Positions 9,120 through 17,995 of a stretch of 27,536 nt of DNA are shown piece by piece. The stretch is from Promethearchaeota archaeon. Its GTDB lineage: Archaea; Asgardarchaeota; Lokiarchaeia; Sigyniarchaeales; SOKP01. The position numbers were made by a program, and so were the translations under genes. Under the pieces are notes generated by a model. That model searched no databases. It was not told where the DNA came from and worked only from the letters and a program-made list of their open reading frames with translations. Position 1 is the stretch's first letter. The number at the start of each line of letters is the position of its first letter. The stretch spans positions 1 through 27,536 of the forward strand of contig JBHLMQ010000041.1 in assembly GCA_048938005.1 (NCBI GenBank). Direction: 5' to 3'.

Positions 9120-9165
9120 CTTATAAATGTTACAAAAATGTTCAAAAAATAATAAGTGTTACAAA
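9120..9165 (-). promoter_or_regulatory. Candidate TATA box with upstream TGTTACAAA direct repeats for the fibre gene
   Basis: TTTATAAG on the - strand at 9120-9127. TGTTACAAA on the + strand at 9128-9136 and 9157-9165. Confidence 0.3.
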
Positions 9166-9266
9166 TTAAAATTCTCGAAGATAAATTCCAGATTATTAAA
9201 TTGGAGATATGAAGATCCCTGTAATAGTGTATATGATTGCAATAGTAGTATTAAGTTTTCGAAATC

Positions 9267-9449
9267 CTTGATGATGGAATTCAAGACACTCCTATTCTAA
9301 TACAGAGTATTACGTTTACTGATAATCAAAATAATATGGAACAAGTTATGTCTGCAATTTCACTAACAATTGTATTAATATCTGTATCTGGATGTGTGAT
9401 CATTGTCTCATCAAGACAAATAAAAAGATCTCGGAAAGAATTAAAATAA
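9267..9449 (+). pseudogene. Orphan 3' fragment of the 961-aa gene (its C-terminal anchor region)
   Basis: Open frame LDDGIQDTPILIQSITFTDNQNNMEQVMSAISLTIVLISVSGCVIIVSSRQIKRSRKELK*, 52/60 identical to the C-terminus of 3579-6464. No homology is visible upstream of 9267. Confidence 0.8.
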
Positions 9450-9547
9450 AATACTCTCAAATTTTTTCTTTTTATTTTACAAGAAGATTCAGTAGTTGAT
9501 GACTCTAACTTCAAATTCTGGCAACTCTGAAAAAAAAAGTAAAGTAG
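9267..9547 (+). repeat. Right copy of the 281-bp diverged direct repeat
   Basis: Matches 6282-6562, with 25 differences in the 183-nt coding part by hand count. Confidence 0.95.
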
Positions 9548-10128
9548 CACATCAGAACACTATCCAATTGTTACATCATATTATCAATTACTTAACAGAA
9601 TTTGAAAATCATTACGGAAAAAAATTTAATGTGTCCAAATTAGCTGGATTGTTAGGGCTCTCTAATGGAGAAATTGATGAAATAGTCTCTTTATTATTGA
9701 ATTTTCAAGAAATATTTACAGGTGTCTTTAAAAACTATAAATTAAAGAAAATCAGGGCAGGAAATCAATTGTATTTAATCTGTATTAAGAAAGAATGGAT
9801 GGCCTCAAAAGAAATAGAAATTCCTGAAATTGTCAGATTTTCCACCTCACAGCTTAAATTATTTAATGATATTATTTATGTATTTAAATTTGTTAAAAGA
9901 GGTAAGGGATTTGATGTATCTAAGAATGGCTCTGACCTCCTAACTAATATTAGACGGCTAAGAACAGAGCATCCATGTTTATTTACATCACATGATTACG
10001 GAATTATTTACCCCTCTGAATTTGGATTAAAATTAGGGGAATTAATCATCTCTTACAACAAAAGTAATAAGGAAATCAAGGAATTAACGGTAGATAATTG
10101 TATAATTGAGGTTCTAAAAGATGGGTGA
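9496..10128 (+). CDS. Hypothetical protein with probable winged-helix/HTH domain(s)
   Basis: 210-aa ORF with the HTH-like segment FNVSKLAGLLGLSNGEIDEIV. It overlaps the Hef start by 8 nt. The start is TTG 9496 or ATG 9499. Confidence 0.65.
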   Translation: MMTLTSNSGNSEKKSKVAHQNTIQLLHHIINYLTEFENHYGKKFNVSKLAGLLGLSNGEIDEIVSLLLNFQEIFTGVFKNYKLKKIRAGNQLYLICIKKEWMASKEIEIPEIVRFSTSQLKLFNDIIYVFKFVKRGKGFDVSKNGSDLLTNIRRLRTEHPCLFTSHDYGIIYPSEFGLKLGELIISYNKSNKEIKELTVDNCIIEVLKDG

Positions 10129-12286
10129 AATAAAAGAAGATATTGCAGAAAATTCCTCGATTTTGAATTCACATAAACTTGAAGTTAGAGAATACCAAGT
10201 AAAGATTGCTGAAGAATGTATAACCAAGAATTCATTGGTCGTGTTGCCTACTGGTCTTGGAAAGACTATAATTGCCGTATTAGTCGCAAGGAAGATATTG
10301 GAATTATTCCCCCCGAATAGTAAGATAATCGTACTTGCTCCGACAAGACCATTAATAAACCAACATTATGAGACTTTTGTGAGATATTTAAAGATACCTG
10401 AGGAAAAATTCGCAATTCTAACAGGTAAAATTCTTCCTGAAAAAAGAATTGATATTTTTAATCATCATCAAATCCTTTTTTACACTCCACAGACTTTAAG
10501 AAATGATTTAGTAAACAAAAAGTATACATTACAAAATACTGCACTTGTCATTTTTGATGAGGCTCATCACGCCTCTGGAGATTATGCTTATACTCTAATT
10601 TCCGATGAGTATATCGATCACAATCCAGATGGTATCACACTTGGATTAACTGCATCACCAGGAGCATCAAAGAAAAAAATTATTGAATTATGTAAAAACT
10701 TGCATATTCCAACAAAAAATATTCATATTAGGACTCGAAAGGATGAAGATGTTAAAACATACCTTAAACCGATGGATATCTACAAAATAGGAGTCGACCT
10801 AACAAGTTTGATGGAGGATGTGTACCAAATAATTACGCTTGTATTAGAGGAACGTCTACATTACCTCTCTCAAATGAATTTCCTAGAAGCGAAAGGCGAA
10901 CATTTACATACAAAGGTGATTCGAAAAGATTTGCTTAAATTGAATGGTGAGTTAGTAAATATTCTAAAAAGCAATGGAGATAAAACAGGAGTGTACAGTG
11001 CGCTCTCTATAAATGCTCAAGGGCTTATTTTATACCATATGCTAGAATTGGTAGAACAGCAGGGATTAGATGTTCTATTAAATTATTTAGAAAAGCTTAA
11101 CAAAGACGCAAAAAAGAAAAGTAGTTCAAAAGCAACGAAAATTTTAGTCTCAGATGGTCGTATCCATAGAATATATTTAGAACTAAAGAAAAATCTAGAA
11201 TTTTCTCCTGAGAACTTAATTCATCCTAAATATCAAGTTCTGATTAAAATTATTCTAGACGAAATACGCAATAATCCATCATCACGAATTTTGGTATTTG
11301 TGAAACTAAGGAACTCTGTTAAGAACATAACCAAGAAATTAAAAGAAATTTCTTTAATTAAACCGGTTCGATTTGTAGGACAAGCAACCAAATCGGAAGA
11401 TGATAAGGGTCTATCTCAAACACGTCAAATAGAGATTTTAGATCAATTTAAAGATGGTCAATATAATGTGCTTGTGTCTACGAATGTAGGTGAAGAGGGT
11501 TTAGACATCGCAGAGTGCGATTTGGTCATATTCTATGATGTTGTTGCTTCAGAGATTAGATTAATACAACGCAAAGGGAGAACTGCTCGTCATCGCGAAG
11601 GAAAAGTCGTCATATTATACGGTAAAGGGACTCGAGATGAGATATATTTGAAAATTACGTTGAATAAATTAAAAAGAATGAATGTAAACTTAAGGAACCC
11701 TCAACAATTAAAAGATTCCTATAATATTCAAGATTATAAAAAAGATAAAGTGCTTATACCTGATCATTCTACTTCTGGTGATGAGATGGAAATTAGAACA
11801 GTAATTCCATTAGATAAATCAAATCCAAAGAGAATTGTAAAAAAGCAATATCAATCAAGGCTTCAGAAATTCATTGATGTGAAACAAGAAGAGATTATAA
11901 GTCCTATTAAAATAAGTAAATTTATCCCAATGAAATTTGGGCTGAGAAAAAAACTTCAGAATGAAAGAATCTCATTTGATATAGCAGAATCTGACCTTCA
12001 TATTGTTGTTCATAATAAAGTGCTCATCCAAATTTATAATCCAGAAGGAATCGATTTTGATGAATTGCTTGCTGAAATAAATGATTTTAGGCAGATTTCT
12101 TCACTTGTTATCATAACATTAGATTTTATCGACTTTAGAGAGAAAATAGAGGGTGAAAAAAGAATTCTAAAACGTAAGATTCATGAATTTGCGAAAGAAC
12201 ATAATTTTCAAGCTATTGCAATTGATAATGAAGAAGAGCTATATTTTATTGTGAAAAATATTGTAGAAAGTCCGTATAGGGAGTGA
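10121..12286 (+). CDS. hef: Hef/FANCM/Mph1-family DEAH helicase with degenerate C-terminal ERCC4-like domain
   Basis: REYQ Q-motif, LPTGLGKT, LAPTRPLINQH, TPQT, DEAHHASGDYAY, GLTASPG, RFVGQA, TNVGEEGLDI and QRKGRTAR. Confidence 0.92.
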   Translation: MGEIKEDIAENSSILNSHKLEVREYQVKIAEECITKNSLVVLPTGLGKTIIAVLVARKILELFPPNSKIIVLAPTRPLINQHYETFVRYLKIPEEKFAILTGKILPEKRIDIFNHHQILFYTPQTLRNDLVNKKYTLQNTALVIFDEAHHASGDYAYTLISDEYIDHNPDGITLGLTASPGASKKKIIELCKNLHIPTKNIHIRTRKDEDVKTYLKPMDIYKIGVDLTSLMEDVYQIITLVLEERLHYLSQMNFLEAKGEHLHTKVIRKDLLKLNGELVNILKSNGDKTGVYSALSINAQGLILYHMLELVEQQGLDVLLNYLEKLNKDAKKKSSSKATKILVSDGRIHRIYLELKKNLEFSPENLIHPKYQVLIKIILDEIRNNPSSRILVFVKLRNSVKNITKKLKEISLIKPVRFVGQATKSEDDKGLSQTRQIEILDQFKDGQYNVLVSTNVGEEGLDIAECDLVIFYDVVASEIRLIQRKGRTARHREGKVVILYGKGTRDEIYLKITLNKLKRMNVNLRNPQQLKDSYNIQDYKKDKVLIPDHSTSGDEMEIRTVIPLDKSNPKRIVKKQYQSRLQKFIDVKQEEIISPIKISKFIPMKFGLRKKLQNERISFDIAESDLHIVVHNKVLIQIYNPEGIDFDELLAEINDFRQISSLVIITLDFIDFREKIEGEKRILKRKIHEFAKEHNFQAIAIDNEEELYFIVKNIVESPYRE

Positions 12287-12292
12287 TAGAGA

Positions 12293-12826
12293 ATGGAAGA
12301 GATTGCGTGGAAAACAGATAAGACTCCATATTTAGTGTTCCCATGTTCGAAATGTAAACAATACACCTATGCAAAAACTACGCGAAAAACTAAAAAATGT
12401 ACTCGATGCGGTAGGTCGCATATTGTAAGTAAAATTCTGAGTATTGGAGAAATTGTAAACGGCATTTCAGTAGCTGTAGAATTAGTAAAAAAAAGACAAG
12501 ATGAGTTAGCAATTAAAGAATTAGGTACTTCACCTGAATTTAGAACTATCAATGATTTTGCAATACTAAAATCAGTTAAGGGTAAAAGTCATAAAAAAGA
12601 AATTTTAGATAAAGAAGATAATGAGGAACAATACTACTCTAAATTCAAGCACATACTTATTGAGTTATCCAATATGTATTCGAAGTTTCCCTTCTATATT
12701 CTTGAAATGATGGCTGAAAATTATAACATCCCAAGCTCTGAAGTTAAACTGCTGGCAAACACTTTTCAGAAGCAGGGAATATTAATTAAGTTAGATGATA
12801 ACTTGTATCAGGTAAACATTGAATAA
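12293..12826 (+). CDS. Zn-ribbon (DUF1922-like) protein with C-terminal winged-helix-like domain
   Basis: YLVFPCSKCKQYTYA...KKCTRCGR. The C-terminus (FQKQGILIKLDDNLY) looks like a wHTH wing. It starts 6 nt after hef, behind a GGAGTGA SD-like motif. Confidence 0.7.
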   Translation: MEEIAWKTDKTPYLVFPCSKCKQYTYAKTTRKTKKCTRCGRSHIVSKILSIGEIVNGISVAVELVKKRQDELAIKELGTSPEFRTINDFAILKSVKGKSHKKEILDKEDNEEQYYSKFKHILIELSNMYSKFPFYILEMMAENYNIPSSEVKLLANTFQKQGILIKLDDNLYQVNIE

Positions 12827-12879
12827 AGGAAAAAAACCTAAAATGTTAAATATTCCCCCGTTGTAGTACGAATAAGAGG

Positions 12880-13836
12880 ATGATAATGCAACTTAAAGAA
12901 ATAGCAAAGGATGTATATGCCTGCTTACAGGAGGATAGGGGATTAGGTTGGAATAATGCTGGGTTTGTGAATCTTGGTGGTGGATTAGCTATTGATACGT
13001 TTTATGATTTGAATCTTACAATGCAGATGATCGAGCTCTATAAAACGGTATCACCTATACCAGCAGGACGACTCGTGAATACCCATCACAATGGCGATCA
13101 CACTTGGGGTAATCAACTTTTCCAAGATTCTGAGATTATTGCACATCGCCTGTGTGCTAAAGAAATGGAAAAAGAAAAAGAGCGTGATTCTCCTGGGACA
13201 TTCCAAAAATGGATACAAAATCCTGAGGTGTTTCCACCAGGAATGAAACAATTTGTAATGGCATTAAGTCAGTTTGACTTTTCAGGAATTGAGCTTACGT
13301 TGCCAAATCATTTAATCGAAGATAGACTTGATCTTGAACTTGATGGTTATCCCTGCCAACTTATTTATGTTGGCCCGGCACACACTTCTAGTGATCTAAT
13401 TGTGTATCTCCCCGAACATAGAGTCATCTTTGCGGGCGATATTGTCTTCTGTAAATGCACACCAATCGGTTGGGAAGGCACGCATGCTAAGTGGATTGAA
13501 GCATTAGATCTTGTGTGCTCCTTTGAGCCCGAGGTTATTGTACCGGGGCATGGTCCTCTCTGTGGTATTGATGAAGTGGAGGAGTTACGGGCGTATTTCG
13601 AGTTTGTATATTCTGAGGCCAAGCGTTTCTTTAATGAGGGACTTGATCCTCTCGAGGCATCGAAGAAGATCAATCTCGGACCTTATGCTGATTGGACGGT
13701 GCCAGAGCGATTATTCTTTAATGTTAACAGAGCCTATCGAGAGTTCCGAAATGTAGAACCCTGGGATGCACCCTTCGACGCATTAGACCTTTTCTATAAA
13801 TGCAATGAATTACGGATTCACTGGGATGGAATTTAA
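12880..13836 (+). CDS. Metallo-beta-lactamase-fold hydrolase (cyclase/glyoxalase II-like)
   Basis: NNAGFV, IDT, NTHHNGDHTWGN, PAHT, FAGD and VPGHGP motifs. Confidence 0.9.
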   Translation: MIMQLKEIAKDVYACLQEDRGLGWNNAGFVNLGGGLAIDTFYDLNLTMQMIELYKTVSPIPAGRLVNTHHNGDHTWGNQLFQDSEIIAHRLCAKEMEKEKERDSPGTFQKWIQNPEVFPPGMKQFVMALSQFDFSGIELTLPNHLIEDRLDLELDGYPCQLIYVGPAHTSSDLIVYLPEHRVIFAGDIVFCKCTPIGWEGTHAKWIEALDLVCSFEPEVIVPGHGPLCGIDEVEELRAYFEFVYSEAKRFFNEGLDPLEASKKINLGPYADWTVPERLFFNVNRAYREFRNVEPWDAPFDALDLFYKCNELRIHWDGI

Positions 13837-13883
13837 TGTAGACTCTTGATTAATATTTCTAAATTTCTTTCTTAATATGTTTA

Positions 13884-14108
13884 TTATAATTCTTGTAATG
13901 AATCTATAAATTCATTTCTTAAGATAGCTTGATAAATAGGATGTCTTTTTTTGAATGGAATTTTTTCATGGCCATAATAAATATAATCTGTAGGCTTGTA
14001 AAATTTAGAGAAGGGAATTATAATCTTATTGAAATTGAGAGGTTCCTCTAGCTCAATCTCTTGATCAAGTGTTTCTTGAATTTTTTTACCAATTGATTTA
14101 GAACTCAT
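13884..14108 (-). CDS. Small hypothetical protein
   Basis: 74-aa ORF with ATG start and GAGGA upstream. It fills an otherwise empty gap. Confidence 0.55.
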   Translation of the reverse strand: MSSKSIGKKIQETLDQEIELEEPLNFNKIIIPFSKFYKPTDYIYYGHEKIPFKKRHPIYQAILRNEFIDSLQEL

Positions 14109-14310
14109 GGTATCCTCACAAAATCAATATTATTATATTACAGTATGATATCGAAATTATTTAAAGAAAAATCCCTTTGGAATAACTTTAGGGTTTTTAG
14201 GTCAATCACTATTTTTGATAAAAATGTAAAATTTTAAATAGCTCGAAAGAACTATCATCTTCACCGAAATCTAATTAAAAATACATAAATATATAATTAG
14301 AATAATTGAG

Positions 14311-14649
14311 GTGGTATTCAAAATGTTAGTCCTTATGCGAGTGTATTATCCCCCTAATCAGGGTAGTAAGGTAGGAGAAAAGTTTATTGAATGGATGAAA
14401 GATCATCCTCCAGACCCATCAATATCTAAGGTTCTTTCTATTGGGGTCGGATCAACTGAATCAGGAGATATTATGGTTATAGGGATAAGTGAAGTTGTTA
14501 AAGGAAAAGAGAATGAAGCTATGGAGCGAGCTGCTCAGCAAAATTTCTTTCTCGCAAATGAAGTTGAGGGATTCAAATATAAAAATGAACTAATTATGGA
14601 CTACACCGAAGCATATAAGATAATAAGAATGACAGCTCCTAAAGTTTAA
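14311..14649 (+). CDS. Small hypothetical protein (possibly DUF3303-like alpha/beta fold)
   Basis: 112-aa ORF. GAGGTGG precedes the ATG at 14323, the probable true start. An oligo-T tract follows. Confidence 0.7.
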   Translation: MVFKMLVLMRVYYPPNQGSKVGEKFIEWMKDHPPDPSISKVLSIGVGSTESGDIMVIGISEVVKGKENEAMERAAQQNFFLANEVEGFKYKNELIMDYTEAYKIIRMTAPKV

Positions 14650-14662
14650 GAAATAAATTTAA

Positions 14663-14677
14663 TTTTTTTTTATTTTT
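14663..14677 (+). terminator. Oligo-T terminator candidate
   Basis: T9-A-T5 just after the 14649 stop. Confidence 0.45.
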
Positions 14678-14696
14678 ACTCTGTTTCTCCTCAATG

Positions 14697-14735
14697 TAGT
14701 GGTAAATTTATCATAAATAGTGGTAAATTGATCAT
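14697..14735. repeat. Two 18-bp near-palindromic direct repeats, 21-bp period
   Basis: TAGTGGTAAATTTATCAT (14697-14714) and TAGTGGTAAATTGATCAT (14718-14735), 17/18 identical. Confidence 0.8.
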
Positions 14736-14745
14736 CTTCAAATAT

Positions 14746-15024
14746 TTATTTATTTTCATCTTGCTCCCTTAATTTTTTAAGATAAAGCTTCATGAAATAT
14801 CGTTCGCTATTACAGAACTCTAGTTTTTGCTTTTTGGAAAGGTTAAAGCAATTCAATAAAATTGCATGGATTTTCTTAAGGGTAGTTAGATTCTCATCGC
14901 ACAATTCTTCAATATTCTCATCTATTAATTCAATAGATTTCTTTTTTTGGCTTAATAGATTTCTTGATGGTGATTCTGTTCTTTGAATTTTACTATAAAT
15001 TTCTTTTTTACTCTTAGAATTCAT
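14746..15024 (-). CDS. Small helical hypothetical protein coupled to the Hel308-like gene
   Basis: 92-aa ORF with an ATGA overlap on the helicase stop. Confidence 0.6.
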   Translation of the reverse strand: MNSKSKKEIYSKIQRTESPSRNLLSQKKKSIELIDENIEELCDENLTTLKKIHAILLNCFNLSKKQKLEFCNSERYFMKLYLKKLREQDENK

Positions 15025-17558
15025 TGTTTTTTATCTTTTTTTATGATTTTCTTACATAAATTTATCCCTAATCCCGTCTTTTGGTTTAGAACGTAAGGAT
15101 TCTCTTTCTTCACTTGAGTAGCGGTATGATACCCCGCATTATACAAGATTCGTGCTCTCACCCGCGCAACATCATTTAATCGTAGTACAAGATCGAATAG
15201 TTCTTCTCGAATTCCGTAATGCAATCGTATCTTTAATGTCTCGGACATCTCAGCCACTTTTGTCAACTTCTCTTGTAAATCAAAACCGTGTGTACTCAAG
15301 TTTCTCGCAATAATTCCAATAAATGTAATTATCCGTTCTAGATTATCTCTAACAGAAAAGAGGTCCCCTGCCATGATTTTGTATTTCTCTAATATTTGGT
15401 CAATCGGTTCCTCATCTGCCCACTCTAAAATTGGCTGGAGCATTTTATAATCTTTTACACGAAATTCTGATTTTAGAATATCAAACGATTCTTTAATTAG
15501 ATCTTGAAAATTATTAATTTCAATATTTTCAAGCTTATATCGGATTATTACACCAGAGACTGGATAAAGATACAATCTTATTATCAATTTTCCAAATTGA
15601 GAGCATTTAATTATTCCCTCATCGTCTTTCTTGATTAAACCTTTTTCGAATAAATATGAAAGAATATATTGATTCTTAACAGACTTAGGGATGATGGAAT
15701 CAACATATTTTTGAAAGTTGATATCGGGTAGTTGGATCAAATACAATAGAAATGAGGTTATATGATCGCAGAATTCAAAGGAAAACTCATCATATACAAA
15801 ATTATCGGATATCTTATTCTGAAATCCGCAAGTACAATGAATTCCTGTTTCAATATCAAACTGACAAAAGTAGACCCCATAAGAAGTCTTTACATAGCCA
15901 GAGATATTAGATTCATTGAATTTAGTTAGTTTTATAGAAAAATTGCTCTCTTCTAACAATTTTACCTTCTTTGCATCGGCATGAAGTTTTAAAATATTAA
16001 TTGGAGTAATTTCTTTTATCATTAATAGCTGTTCAATAGGAATCTTCTGCTCTTTCATTCTGTGTTTTATCCCATACCAAAAGTATGTCTTTTCGAAGAA
16101 TTGTTTTAGCTTCTCAAGTGTTATTTTCTTTTCTTCATAAATTCTCAACAACACCTGTTCTTTAAGTGTATTAATTTTATTTAACACTGAAGTTAAATCA
16201 TTATATCTCGGTATTAATTTTCCTTTAAGAGCCTGATTTTCAAAGAAATGATCCTCAACCCACATTTTTTCTTCTATATTTTGGGTTAAAATTATCCCAT
16301 ATCCGACTGAATCAAGCCCAGGGCGACCGGCTCTCCCTAAAATTTGGAATACTTCATTTGCAGAAAATGGTTTAAAGTACGAAAATCCATCCCCATTTTC
16401 ATGATACCCAGAGAAATTTTTGATATTATGACCAGATGTAATATATTTCTTAAAGTCCTTTAAAATAACTACACGGGCGGGTGTGTTTATACCGGCTGAT
16501 AATGTTGTGGTACAACTAATCACTTTAATAATTCGTTTTTTGAAATTATCCTCTATTAGTTTTCTTTCCTTTGGAAGCAATCCGGCATGATGGAATGCGA
16601 TTCCTGATTTAATAACCTTCTGCAAATCACGATGTCCACCCTTAATGGAGCTTAATCTTTTTTCCAATGATTTGCATACATTTGACTCATTATCTTCTAG
16701 AAACTTCTTTACAAGGTTTTTGAGATTTTCAGCTGATCGCTGTGCCCCTTTTCGCCTATTAACAAAAATAAGCACTTGCCCATTTTTTTTTAAAGTAAAT
16801 TTCACAAGTCTCTTAATGGCAGAATCCTTATTTTGCGTGACTTCAATTTTAAAATGGAGTGGTACAGGGCGATCATCCGATTTAATCAAGGTCGTTTTGT
16901 TTCCTAATGAAGATAACCAAGAATTGAAGAATTCTGGATTTGCAATTGTTGCTGATAAGCCGATTATTTGTGGATTATGTAAAAATTCATTTAACCGGAC
17001 AATTAAGGATTCTAATCTTGGTCCTCTTTCTGATTCGCTGAGAATATGAACCTCATCAATAATGACAGTGGAAATCTCAAAAATCCACTCTTTATCATAG
17101 AAATTCCTTAGTATTGAATCCATCTTTTCATAGGTAGTTACAATGAGATCTGCTTTTTCCAACTTAGAATCATCAACATCATAATCCCCAATCGATAACT
17201 CAACTTTTATTCCAAATCGGCTATAGCCTTTTTTAAAGTGAAAGTATTTTTCTGTGGCCAGTGCTTTATACGGAACTAAATAGATTGATTTGCCAAATTT
17301 TTGAAATAAATTATTAATAGCACATACTTCCCCAATTAATGTCTTTCCACTTCCAGAGGGAGCACATACCAAAAATGATTTCCTGAAAAATAGACCTTGT
17401 TTGATCGCATCTTTTTGAATTTCGCGTAATTGAAATATCCTTCCCTCGAAAAGCACACGTAGAATGCGCTTATCAAAAATGAATTTAAATATTTCCTTAT
17501 CAAGATTATTATCCATATTTTTTCTTTTAATTTTATCTGTAAAATCTGTTAACGTCAT
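15021..17558 (-). CDS. hel308: Ski2-like Hel308/HelQ DNA helicase with SWIM zinc-finger insertion
   Basis: APSGSGKT, VPYKALATEK, TTYEKMD, DEVH, RGPRLE, GLSATIAN, RPVPL, FHHAGL, TTTLSAGINTPA, QILGRAGRPGLD and C-terminal ARVRARILYNAG. Internal CTC-x19-CDH motif. Confidence 0.9.
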   Translation of the reverse strand: MTLTDFTDKIKRKNMDNNLDKEIFKFIFDKRILRVLFEGRIFQLREIQKDAIKQGLFFRKSFLVCAPSGSGKTLIGEVCAINNLFQKFGKSIYLVPYKALATEKYFHFKKGYSRFGIKVELSIGDYDVDDSKLEKADLIVTTYEKMDSILRNFYDKEWIFEISTVIIDEVHILSESERGPRLESLIVRLNEFLHNPQIIGLSATIANPEFFNSWLSSLGNKTTLIKSDDRPVPLHFKIEVTQNKDSAIKRLVKFTLKKNGQVLIFVNRRKGAQRSAENLKNLVKKFLEDNESNVCKSLEKRLSSIKGGHRDLQKVIKSGIAFHHAGLLPKERKLIEDNFKKRIIKVISCTTTLSAGINTPARVVILKDFKKYITSGHNIKNFSGYHENGDGFSYFKPFSANEVFQILGRAGRPGLDSVGYGIILTQNIEEKMWVEDHFFENQALKGKLIPRYNDLTSVLNKINTLKEQVLLRIYEEKKITLEKLKQFFEKTYFWYGIKHRMKEQKIPIEQLLMIKEITPINILKLHADAKKVKLLEESNFSIKLTKFNESNISGYVKTSYGVYFCQFDIETGIHCTCGFQNKISDNFVYDEFSFEFCDHITSFLLYLIQLPDINFQKYVDSIIPKSVKNQYILSYLFEKGLIKKDDEGIIKCSQFGKLIIRLYLYPVSGVIIRYKLENIEINNFQDLIKESFDILKSEFRVKDYKMLQPILEWADEEPIDQILEKYKIMAGDLFSVRDNLERIITFIGIIARNLSTHGFDLQEKLTKVAEMSETLKIRLHYGIREELFDLVLRLNDVARVRARILYNAGYHTATQVKKENPYVLNQKTGLGINLCKKIIKKDKKQ

Positions 17559-17573
17559 TAGTTAACACCTATA

Positions 17574-17879
17574 TTAATATGGGTTTGTCCATTTTTTCAT
17601 TAATTGGGCAAAGGTTTGCGAATCCCGGGAAATCTCTATACTCTTAATAACTCCTATATTTCTTACTTTTAATTCTGAATTAAGAAAACAAATTAGAGCA
17701 TGTATTGGCTCTCCGTGTAGATGAATGTGTGGAAAATAAATATTTGAATTTGGTTGATTTAAAATATTATACTCAACGCCAAGAACTATTATTTTTTTAC
17801 AGAATGGACAGATAACTTTTTGAGCCTTTTGTTTGACTTCCTTAACATCCCTAATTTTACCAAAAACGACGACGATTAT
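17574..17879 (-). CDS. Unannotated ~101-aa CxxC/His-rich putative metal-binding protein without a canonical start codon
   Basis: Hand translation: IIVVVFGKIRDVKEVKQKAQKVICPFCKKIIVLGVEYNILNQPNSNIYFPHIHLHGEPIHALICFLNSELKVRNIGVIKSIEISRDSQTFAQLMKKWTNPY*. GGAGTGAT precedes the ATA/ATC codons. The frame ends 15 nt before the helicase ATG. Confidence 0.7.
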   Translation of the reverse strand: MIVVVFGKIRDVKEVKQKAQKVICPFCKKIIVLGVEYNILNQPNSNIYFPHIHLHGEPIHALICFLNSELKVRNIGVIKSIEISRDSQTFAQLMKKWTNPY

Positions 17880-17995
17880 TTATCACTCCATTTTGCTAAT
17901 AAATATAGTACAAAATGACTTAATATAAAGGAAAAAAGCGTAATAAAAAGTTGATTTTGAATTTTTTTCTTTAAATATTAGTAATTTATTTTCAA

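Noticed and set aside
6282-9547. Diversity-generating retroelement TR/VR pair
   Set aside because: The differences are not adenine-specific (many C/T and third-position changes). The repeat covers a TM anchor and intergenic DNA, and no reverse transcriptase is in the window.
9326-9550. 74-aa minus-strand ORF
   Set aside because: Antisense to the duplicated gene fragment and to the start of the 210-aa gene.
14697-14735. CRISPR array
   Set aside because: Only two 18-bp units separated by 3 nt, with no spacers and no cas genes.
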